From assembly GCA_000092065.1 (NCBI GenBank), contig CP000588.1: a DNA stretch of 64,000 bases. One strand, given 5' to 3'. Below the pieces are notes generated by a model, which searched no databases, had not been told where the DNA came from, and saw nothing but the letters and a program-made list of their open reading frames with translations. Source of the DNA: Ostreococcus lucimarinus. Taxonomy: Eukaryota. Each line of letters begins with the position of its first letter. The stretch's first letter is position 1. The position numbers were made by a program, and so were the translations under genes. Below, piece after piece: positions 57,254 through 64,000 of this stretch.

Positions 57254-59317
57254 ATGGGTTCGTCCACGCCGAAGAAGGAGAAGAAAGAAAAGAAGGAGAA
57301 GAAAGAGAAGCGCTCGAGCGAGGACAAATCGCCGGGCGGCGGCGATGAGCGGTCGAAAAAGCAAAAAGTGCAGGACGATGGCGGCGGCGGCGAACCCACG
57401 CGCGTGCGCGTCGTTGGACTCACGAAGACCGCGAACGCGGACGGCGTGGGCGCGTTTCTGGGTTTGGACGCCGCGAGCGTCGTGGTCGGGATGTGGGGAA
57501 CGCACGGGAAAGGCCCGAAGCCACCGGGAGGGCAAGCGTTCGCGACGACGGCGTCCCGAAGCGCGGCGGAGAAGCTCGTCGAGGCGTTCGATGGAAAAAC
57601 GCTGGATGGAGTCGAGTTGAAGGTGATAGTGGATGATGGAGACGTCGCGGTGCACTCGAATGGGGGAGTGACGCCCGGGAAGGACGCGAAGCCGACGATA
57701 AAGACCATGGAGGTGCCGCGACCGCCGTTGTTCGGCGGCGGCGGCGGCGCGGCGGCGAATGTATCCGTGTCAAACGCCGATACCGCGCCTTCGATGTCGC
57801 CGCATGATGTACGAGCGGACGATTGGTCGTGTGGGGCGTGTGGGTGTAGTAACTTTGCACGGCGAACGTCGTGCTTTAGGTGTGCGGCGCCGAAGAGCGC
57901 GACGACGAGCGGGGCGCCGGCGACTGCGGTGAACACCGCGGCGGCGCGCGCGTCAGCGCAAGGAAACGCACAAGATGGGTATGAGGTGTTTTTGAAGTAT
58001 TTGCCGCACAGCGCGAACGAAGAGGAGGTGACCAAGTATTTCGCCGACTGCGGCGCCATGGTCAGTCAGGCGCGTCTGTTGCGCGACCCGCAGTCGGGTC
58101 AACCCAAAGGAGCGGGATTCATCACGTTCGTAGACGAAGCGGGCAGAAACGAGGCGTTGAAGCGCGACGGTGCGCGATTCGGCGGTCGCAACGTGTCCGT
58201 GACGGTGGCGAAAAAGAGCACGTTCGGCGTGCGCGCCACGGATCAGGCGTACGGAACGCACACGCCGGCGATGTTAGCGGAAACCATCGCGGCTCTCGTC
58301 GCCCCTGATCGCTCGGGCGTGTACGTGGACGGAACTTTCGGACGTGGAGGTCACACGCGCGGAATTCTCGCCGCGCTTTCCGCCGAGGGTCGCTTGCACG
58401 CGTTCGACATGGATCCAGAGGCGATCAAGGTGGGCAAGGAGCTCGAAAGAGAAGACTCCAGGTTTAAGATTCACCACGCCCCGTTCGGATGCATGGCGGA
58501 CGTTTTGAGACCGCTCGGCGTGAAACCGTCTGGAGTATTCTTAGATTTAGGGATTTCTTCGCCCCAATTCGACGACTCGTCGCGAGGGTTCCGACCCGAG
58601 CAAGACGGTCCGCTCGACTTGCGCTTTGACGTCGAGCGCGGCGTCCCCGCGAGCGAGTATCTCAGACTCGTTTCGCGCGAAGAACTTCGACGGGTGATTC
58701 ACGAATACGGTGAGACCACTGATCCAATCGCCGCCCGTCGAATCACGGACGCCATCGTGCTCGCGCGTGAAAACGGTTCGCTCCCGAGCACGACGAAGGA
58801 ATTCGCCGCCCTCGTCGCCAAGGCCAAAGGCAAAGAATACCAGATGATGCATCCCGCCAAGCTCACGTTCCAAGCTTTACGCATCGCGCTGAACCAAGAG
58901 TTTGACGAGATGCGACGCGGTATGCACGCCGCATTCGATATCATGCCCGAACACGGACGTTTGGGCATCCTCACCTGGAAGCACAGCGAGTGCGCCATCG
59001 TCGTCGACTTTTTCCGCGACTACGAAGTCATCCGCGACGACTTCCCCCTCTACGAGTGGGCGCTCAAGAACCACGCCGATAAGTGCTCGAAGAAGCTTGA
59101 ACGCAAGTGGGGCATGCACATGGACGACGCTCAGCGCCCGAGCGAGCAAGAGATGCGTCAAAACAGCCGTTCGCGTTCCGCGACGCTTCACGTCCTCCGC
59201 AAGCGCGAAGCCGTGCGCATCGCCGACTTGGAGCGCCTCTCGTACAAGCTCAAGGGTTGGGGCAAGATCCCAGACGCGAAACCGGCGCCACCGGTGACGT
59301 TCAACTACAAGATATAG
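57254..59317 (+). CDS. Fusion protein: K/E-rich N-terminus, RRM-like domain, RanBP2-type zinc finger, RRM, then a full RsmH/MraW-type rRNA N4-cytosine methyltransferase
   Basis: The track start at 57080 is TTG; the first ATG is at 57254 (MGSSTPKKEKKEKKEKKEK). RRM-like ~57398-57640. Zinc finger DDWSCGACGCSNFARRTSCFRCAAPK ~57815-57898. RRM YEVFLKYLP...KGAGFITFVDEAGRNEAL...VSVTVA ~57980-58213. RsmH ~58256-59206, with HTPAMLAE, YVDGTFGRGGHTRGIL, LDLGISSPQFDDSSRGF, DGPLDLRFD, HPAKLTFQALRIALNQEFDE, GRLGILTWKHSECAIVVDFF and SRSATLHVLRKRE. Confidence 0.8.
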   Translation: MGSSTPKKEKKEKKEKKEKRSSEDKSPGGGDERSKKQKVQDDGGGGEPTRVRVVGLTKTANADGVGAFLGLDAASVVVGMWGTHGKGPKPPGGQAFATTASRSAAEKLVEAFDGKTLDGVELKVIVDDGDVAVHSNGGVTPGKDAKPTIKTMEVPRPPLFGGGGGAAANVSVSNADTAPSMSPHDVRADDWSCGACGCSNFARRTSCFRCAAPKSATTSGAPATAVNTAAARASAQGNAQDGYEVFLKYLPHSANEEEVTKYFADCGAMVSQARLLRDPQSGQPKGAGFITFVDEAGRNEALKRDGARFGGRNVSVTVAKKSTFGVRATDQAYGTHTPAMLAETIAALVAPDRSGVYVDGTFGRGGHTRGILAALSAEGRLHAFDMDPEAIKVGKELEREDSRFKIHHAPFGCMADVLRPLGVKPSGVFLDLGISSPQFDDSSRGFRPEQDGPLDLRFDVERGVPASEYLRLVSREELRRVIHEYGETTDPIAARRITDAIVLARENGSLPSTTKEFAALVAKAKGKEYQMMHPAKLTFQALRIALNQEFDEMRRGMHAAFDIMPEHGRLGILTWKHSECAIVVDFFRDYEVIRDDFPLYEWALKNHADKCSKKLERKWGMHMDDAQRPSEQEMRQNSRSRSATLHVLRKREAVRIADLERLSYKLKGWGKIPDAKPAPPVTFNYKI

Positions 59318-59414
59318 CGCGTCGTCGTTCGTCGCATTCTAGCTTTGTCCCGTTGTCAATCGTCGCCTCGACGAAGTCTTTCCCAGCTCGCGCCGCACTC
59401 CCGCGCGCCGCACC

Positions 59415-59786
59415 ATGCGCGTCGGCGTCCCGTCGACGCGCGCGCCGTCGACGCGCCCATCGCCATCGTTCGCGCCGTCCGCGTCGTCGTCGTCCGCGCG
59501 CGCGTCGCGCCCCGCGCGCGCGAACACCGTCTCGACACTCTTCGCAACCGGCGACGACGCGCGCGGCGACGCGTCGCGTCGCGCCGATCCCGCGCCCGAG
59601 ACGCGGTGTCCGGTGTGCCGCGGCACGGGCTGGAAGCCGTGCGGGCAGTGCGAGGGCACGGGGATCAACCCGAGCGACGCGTTCGGGGGCAAGTTTAAAG
59701 CCGGCGACGCGTGTTGGCTGTGCGAGGGCAAAAACGGCGCGCGGACGATGTGCGGGAACTGCGTCGACCTCACGGACACGTTTTGA
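59415..59786 (+). CDS. Small DnaJ-type zinc-finger (CxxCxGxG) protein with presequence (BSD2/LQY1-class plastid assembly factor-like)
   Basis: ATG at 59415. The Ser/Ala/Arg-rich N-terminus is followed by CPVCRGTGWKPCGQCEGTG ... CWLCEGKNGARTMCGNC. Confidence 0.65.
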   Translation: MRVGVPSTRAPSTRPSPSFAPSASSSSARASRPARANTVSTLFATGDDARGDASRRADPAPETRCPVCRGTGWKPCGQCEGTGINPSDAFGGKFKAGDACWLCEGKNGARTMCGNCVDLTDTF

Positions 59787-59858
59787 GCGCGCGCGTCGTC
59801 TCATCCACCGACGTTTTGTCTTCTATTCGTCCTGATCTAATCTACCGACGTTTGTTTT

Positions 59859-60587
59859 CTACTCGTCTCTCTCTCTCGCGCGCGCGCGGCGTCGACCCGC
59901 CTCGCGACCGTTGACGTACTCGGCGGTTTCGACGAGCTCGCGCAGAAACGCGTCGACGCCCGACGCCCCGTCGTCGTTCTCCAACACCTCCAGCATGAAC
60001 TCCCGCTGACGCCGCGTGACGAACGCGATGCACTTCTCGGGACATCGCTCGCTCGCGCACCACTCGGCGTACGCCAGCGCCGACGTCTCGTCCGCGCTCG
60101 CGTCCCCGAAGTCATCCCGCTCGATCCATCGCGCCTTCCCGGTCGTCGCGTCCGCGACGAACGACCTCGGCGCCGCCTCGACGCAGCTCGACGCGCACGC
60201 CGCCGCGCCACGACACCGCGTCGCCGCGACGAATCCGTGTCGCGCGCCGTCGAACGTCCTTGCGAGCGTCTTCGCCGCGAACGCGTCGCCGTCGCCGTCG
60301 CTCGCGCTCGCGAGCGTCCCGTCGCGCGCTGACGCCATCGCGCGCTCGTACGCCGCGCGCACCGCGAGCGCGCGCGCGGTCGACCCTCGCGCGGCGTCCG
60401 GGTGCGCGTCGCGCATCGTCGCGCGGTACGCGTCGCGCACGTCTCGCTCGGTGAGCGTCGCGGCGTCGCGCGCGTCGAGCCCGAGGCGTCGCAGCGCCGA
60501 CGCCGCGTCGTCCGAGGACGACGCCGCGACGCGCGACGCGCGGCGCGGCGGCGGAAAACGCGTCGGCGCGAATCCGAGCGCGCGCAT
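59859..60587 (-). CDS. J-domain protein with a C-terminal Cys-rich ferredoxin-like module (plant DJC76/NdhT-class architecture)
   Basis: ATG at 60587. J-like domain with intact HPD: LGLDARDAATLTERDVRDAYRATMRDAHPDAA...AVRAAYERA. Cys clusters: CRGAAACASSCVEAAPRSF and CASERCPEKCIAF. The overlapping 532-aa track ORF 59837..61435 is a different frame and low-complexity. Confidence 0.55.
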   Translation of the reverse strand: MRALGFAPTRFPPPRRASRVAASSSDDAASALRRLGLDARDAATLTERDVRDAYRATMRDAHPDAARGSTARALAVRAAYERAMASARDGTLASASDGDGDAFAAKTLARTFDGARHGFVAATRCRGAAACASSCVEAAPRSFVADATTGKARWIERDDFGDASADETSALAYAEWCASERCPEKCIAFVTRRQREFMLEVLENDDGASGVDAFLRELVETAEYVNGREAGRRRARARERDE

Positions 60588-60659
60588 CGAAGTGCGGCGC
60601 GGATTCGACGCAAAACGCGACGCGACGCGGCGCTAAAGCGCGTCGCGAGTCCCGCGAAC
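60588..60659. promoter_or_regulatory. 72-bp ATG-to-ATG spacer (J-domain/ferredoxin-like / SpoU methyltransferase); presumed bidirectional promoter
   Basis: Divergent start codons at 60587 (-) and 60660 (+). Confidence 0.45.
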
Positions 60660-61670
60660 ATGCGCGGCGCGTCGCGTCGCGCCGCCGCGGTCGTCGCGCG
60701 CGCGCCGGGGCGCGCGGCGTCCCAGTCGCGCGCGCGTCGAATCCGCGAATTGCACTTTTCGGGCGACGAAAACGCCGCGCACCGCGCGCCGCGCGCGCGA
60801 ACGGCGCGCGCGAGCGCGCGAGACGGTCGACGCGCGCACGCCGCCGATGCGGACGGCGTCGAGCGCGTGTCGAGCGCGGAGAACGCGACGGTGAAGCACT
60901 TTGTAAAGTTGTGCAAGAGCAAGGCGTACCGGGACGAGCGCGGGACGGTGGTGCTGTCGTCGAGCGTGCTCATGCGCGAGTGCTTCGGGCGCGCGGGAGA
61001 GGGGCGCGAAGCGAAAACGCTGTTCGTCGCGGATTGGGCGGAGGCGCCGGCGGGAATTCGGGCGAAGAGGGTGATTCGGGCGCCGGCGAGCGTGCTGAAA
61101 AAGTGCGCGGGGGTGAACAACGCGGACGGGTTGGACGCCGTGGGGGAGTTCGCGTCGCCGGTGATCATGAACGCGCGCGAGTTCGTCGATGGTGCGAAAC
61201 AGAGGGACGTCGTGCGCGTGCTCGCGGTGGAGGGGGTGCAAGATCCCGGGAATTTGGGAACGCTCACGCGCACGGCGGTGGCGTTCGGTTGGGACACCGT
61301 GGCTTTACTTCCGGGAACGTGCGATCCGTTCAACGACAAGGCGATGCGCGCGGCGCGTGGGGCGACGTTTCGAGTCGATTTCGTCGCCTTCGATTCGTTC
61401 GACGATCTCGCGAGCGCTGGAAGAGAATTGAACATGGAGTTGTACGCCGCCGAGCCGAGCGCGAAAGAAGACGTCGACCCCGAACGGGCAAAGGCTGTGG
61501 CGAAGGCGTGTCTGGTGCTCGGTACCGAAGGTCAAGGATTGAGCGACGATGCCTTGCGCGCGTGCAAGCCGGTGGCGATTCCGATGTCGGGGGAGATGGA
61601 AAGCTTAAACGTCGGCATCGCGGGTGGCGTTCTGATGTATTTGATGCAGGCTACTACGAAGACCCGATGA
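60660..61670 (+). CDS. SpoU/TrmH-family RNA 2'-O-ribose methyltransferase with presequence
   Basis: First ATG is at 60660. SPOUT motifs: AVEGVQDPGNLGTLTRTAVAFG, LVLGTEGQGLSDDAL and IPMSGEMESLNVGIAGGVLMY. An N-terminal substrate-binding-like segment is present (ENATVKHFVKLCKSKAYRDERGTVVL). Confidence 0.75.
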   Translation: MRGASRRAAAVVARAPGRAASQSRARRIRELHFSGDENAAHRAPRARTARASARDGRRAHAADADGVERVSSAENATVKHFVKLCKSKAYRDERGTVVLSSSVLMRECFGRAGEGREAKTLFVADWAEAPAGIRAKRVIRAPASVLKKCAGVNNADGLDAVGEFASPVIMNAREFVDGAKQRDVVRVLAVEGVQDPGNLGTLTRTAVAFGWDTVALLPGTCDPFNDKAMRAARGATFRVDFVAFDSFDDLASAGRELNMELYAAEPSAKEDVDPERAKAVAKACLVLGTEGQGLSDDALRACKPVAIPMSGEMESLNVGIAGGVLMYLMQATTKTR

Positions 61671-61756
61671 ATTAGAAGAAACTAGCTACGTGCGTGTGTG
61701 ATAAAATATAGCGCAGAAATAGTACAGTGGCGGTTGCTTCGTTCGTTCGACGTGCC

Positions 61757-62668
61757 TCAAATCGTCATCCCAGTCGCGTGCGGGACGACCCGCGAAAGGA
61801 ACGCGTACGTGCCTCCGGCGACGAGCAAAAAGCCGCTCGTCGGATTCACCCACGCGCTCTTCTCCCGCAGCGCCATCACGGATTTCAACCCATCCGTCGC
61901 CGTCGCGGCGAATAATAACGGTGCGACATACCCCGACGTGTACGTCAACAGCAACGTCCCCCCCGACAACGGATCACCGCTCGACGCCGCGTACGCCAAC
62001 AACGTCGCCAAAATCGGCGTCGCGCACGGCGACGCCGCCAGCGCGAACACCGCCCCCGCGATGTACGCCTGCAGCACCGGCGACACTCGCACAGACTTTG
62101 GATCGAAATTCGCCCCGAACGACGGAAAGCTCACCTCGACGACGTCTAACAGGTTCAATCCCATGGCGACGGCGAGCGCCGCCGCCGCCGTCGGCAATCC
62201 GTCGCCCAAGCCTTGCCCGTACGCCGCTCCGAAGCTCGCCGCTACCACTCCTAACGCCGCCAGTGTGCTCGCTAATCCTCCGGCGAACGCGACGCTCGCC
62301 ACGCGCACCGTTTTCGCGCGCTCTTCCGCGCTCGGCGCTTCGCCCGCGCCGCCGCCGCCGCCGTACCCGCCGATGTATCCAATCGTCAGCGGCAACACGC
62401 TCAGCGTGCACGGCGATAGCGACGTGAACACCCCCGCGGCGAGGACGGTGACGTACGTCGTCGCGCCGACGGTGCCGCCGCCGAGGACGTCGGCGCCGAT
62501 CGCCGCGTCGAGGGACTGCGTGGCGTCGTAGAGCGCGACGTCGAGCGACGCGAATGCGCGTCGATCGCGCCGCGCGCGGCGATCGGAAGCGCGTCGAGGG
62601 CGCGGCGCGCGCGCGAGTCGCGAGTGACGCGCGAACGCGCGGCGCGCGGGCGCGGACGTCGAGCGCAT
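61757..62668 (-). CDS. CCDA: CcdA/DsbD-family thiol-disulfide transporter (cytochrome c-type biogenesis protein CcdA), plastid-type
   Basis: ATG at 62668. Two conserved membrane-embedded Cys motifs (FTSLSPCTLSVLPL and ALAASPCATPILATLL). Six hydrophobic helices, plus an Arg-rich presequence. Confidence 0.8.
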   Translation of the reverse strand: MRSTSAPARRAFARHSRLARAPRPRRASDRRARRDRRAFASLDVALYDATQSLDAAIGADVLGGGTVGATTYVTVLAAGVFTSLSPCTLSVLPLTIGYIGGYGGGGGAGEAPSAEERAKTVRVASVAFAGGLASTLAALGVVAASFGAAYGQGLGDGLPTAAAALAVAMGLNLLDVVEVSFPSFGANFDPKSVRVSPVLQAYIAGAVFALAASPCATPILATLLAYAASSGDPLSGGTLLLTYTSGYVAPLLFAATATDGLKSVMALREKSAWVNPTSGFLLVAGGTYAFLSRVVPHATGMTI

Positions 62669-62755
62669 GGCGTCGACGAGTGCGGGGCGCCGGGACGGCG
62701 GACGAAGCGAGTCGCTGAATAATGTTACACGTGTTGCTGTTCAACCGATTGACGA

Positions 62756-64000
62756 TCACGCGCGGACGATGACGGAACCCGAACGCGTGTGGTAACGCAC
62801 GCCTTGCGTCGGCTTGTACTTTTCGTTGCGGACTTGTAAGGTTTCGACCTTGATGCCGCTGACGCCGGCGCCGGGAACGCGGAAGGAGGCGGTGATGTCG
62901 ACGACTTCTTGCAGTTGCACGCGACGCTGTGCGACGGCGACGGCGGGCTTGGCGGCGATTGCGTTGGAGGCGTTCGTCGCCGTCGTCGTCGGTTCGTCGT
63001 CGTCGTCGGCGCGCATGGTGACCTGGACGGATAAGCACGGCGTCTTGTCCGCGGGGAACTTTTCGATGACCCAGTGCACGGTGTTGCTCGTGACGTCGAA
63101 CGTCGCGTCGCCGTGCGTGGACGTAGGATCGGCACCGATGACGCGCGATGGTAAGCGCACGTCCAAGGTGACCGACTCGACGGGTTTCTCGAACGCGGGC
63201 TTGGAGCCGACGACGACGCTCACGCGTCCTTGCTGCGCGCCGAACGCGCACTGCGGACGAATGTACAGCGGTAACGGCACCGAACTCAGGTTATCGCTAT
63301 TCGCCGTCTTCAACCACGGATTGGCTTTGATGTATCGCGGTTGCCACTGATCGACGTCTTGCTTGCTCGTCGGCGGTCGAACCTTGTACGACATCAACAC
63401 GCTCGAGCCGTCGGCGGGAACGAAGGACACCACGCGATCGCTCGCGAAGCGCGACAGACGCACGCTCGGGTGAAAGCTGTACTCCTCGATCAAGTGCGAG
63501 TTGCTCAGGGTCAGGTTGATGTCCGGCATCCCGCTCAATCGAGAGTTGACTTCAATCCTCCCGTACACCGCCGACGACAGCACCTTGCCCTCCGCGTCAA
63601 TCGTCGCGTCGATGGTTTCGATGAGATCCAAATAAATCTCATTGCTCGTGTACTTGATATTATTCGGGCGCCACGGCAACGGGAGCAACTTGAGCGGATC
63701 TTGATCGCTCACGATGACGCCTTGATTCCCCATCACCGTCGCCGTGACGCGATTGTACAAGTTCGGCGGCGGCACCAGCACCTTCAACCCCCCCGCGTGC
63801 GTGTTCACCGGTATCCCACTATCCAGCATCTCATCCAACAACTGATACAGCGTCACGTGGTGCTCTTGCAGCGTCGTCTCCGTGACGCTCTCTCCGAAGT
63901 ACGCGCGCAGCACGTCGTACAATTGCGACAAGAATTCGATCACCAACAACGGCGCCGTCTCCCTCGAGCACGTCGCCACGTACGTCACCTCGCCTCGCGT
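62756..64000 (-). CDS. AP3M: Adaptor-protein complex mu subunit, AP-3 mu-like; 5' end lies beyond the window
   Basis: The frame stays open to position 64000 (...TRGEVTYVATCSRETAPLLVIEFL); the track start at 63988 is GTG. LPWRPNNIKYTSNEIYLDLIETIDATIDAEGKV ... LSGMPDINLTLSN ... SFHPSVRLSRFASDRVVSFVPADGSSVLMSYKV parallels the AP-3 mu blocks (GMPDLSLSF...SFHPCIRFKRWESERVLSFIPPDGNFRLISY). Confidence 0.7.
   Translation of the reverse strand, partial: TRGEVTYVATCSRETAPLLVIEFLSQLYDVLRAYFGESVTETTLQEHHVTLYQLLDEMLDSGIPVNTHAGGLKVLVPPPNLYNRVTATVMGNQGVIVSDQDPLKLLPLPWRPNNIKYTSNEIYLDLIETIDATIDAEGKVLSSAVYGRIEVNSRLSGMPDINLTLSNSHLIEEYSFHPSVRLSRFASDRVVSFVPADGSSVLMSYKVRPPTSKQDVDQWQPRYIKANPWLKTANSDNLSSVPLPLYIRPQCAFGAQQGRVSVVVGSKPAFEKPVESVTLDVRLPSRVIGADPTSTHGDATFDVTSNTVHWVIEKFPADKTPCLSVQVTMRADDDDEPTTTATNASNAIAAKPAVAVAQRRVQLQEVVDITASFRVPGAGVSGIKVETLQVRNEKYKPTQGVRYHTRSGSVIVRA

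Noticed and set aside
59837-61435. 532-aa minus-strand ORF
   Set aside because: It overlaps the J-domain/ferredoxin-like gene in another frame and is antisense to the SpoU methyltransferase. It is extreme R/A/S/T low complexity, while the two overlapping models carry clear family motifs.
61698-63251. ORFs 61698..62531 (+, 277 aa) and 61974..63251 (-, 425 aa)
   Set aside because: They are antisense or alternate-frame to CcdA and AP-3 mu, both of which have diagnostic motifs. The competing ORFs are P/A/R/T-rich without structure.
1-64000. Prokaryotic-style interpretation (operons, defence islands, CRISPR, phage)
   Set aside because: The gene content is unambiguously eukaryotic (TRRAP, ARP6, snurportin, AP-3 mu, UTP13, eIF2B-epsilon, RPS29 with a GT-AG intron). 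I saw no repeat-spacer arrays, integrases or Shine-Dalgarno-linked gene strings.
1-64000. tRNA or rRNA genes
   Set aside because: A visual scan of the intergenic spacers for T-loop-like GGTTCGAATCC/GTTCGA motifs with matching acceptor stems found nothing. Most spacers are under 300 bp and are accounted for. A tRNAscan/Infernal run would be the definitive check.

Overview
This window looks like nuclear DNA from a very compact, GC-rich eukaryote. R/A/D-rich proteins, almost no introns, and gene content (CBM20-type phosphoglucan water dikinase, CcdA, plastid-type J-domain and zinc-finger proteins) suggest a prasinophyte picoalga (Mamiellophyceae, Ostreococcus/Micromonas-like). I cannot assign a species from sequence alone. 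I model 31 protein-coding genes on both strands, covering about 58.7 kb of 64 kb (~92%). Intergenic spacers are often under 100 bp. Only two genes need an intron: RPS29 (well supported) and a 3xHMG-box gene (inferred). I saw no rRNA, tRNA, CRISPR array or recognisable transposon. The ORF track accepts GTG/TTG starts and contains many GC-driven shadow ORFs (antisense or alternate frame, R/A/P/S-rich). I therefore re-anchored each gene to the first in-frame ATG, checked against the nucleotides. Main findings: (1) one uninterrupted 1,928-codon ORF carrying five tandem bestrophin/UPF0187-like channel units, the same number as the subunits in known pentameric bestrophins, so possibly a single-chain pentamer; (2) an RRM / RanBP2-zinc-finger / RRM module fused to an RsmH (rRNA m4C) methyltransferase; (3) a DUF1244-Mog (molybdopterin adenylyltransferase) fusion; (4) a ~154-bp tandem duplication in a divergent promoter; (5) a small FLASH-like coiled-coil gene hidden inside a long spurious antisense ORF; (6) four head-to-head gene pairs with only 72-81 bp between their ATGs. 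All family assignments rest on motifs I recognise by eye. No database search was run.
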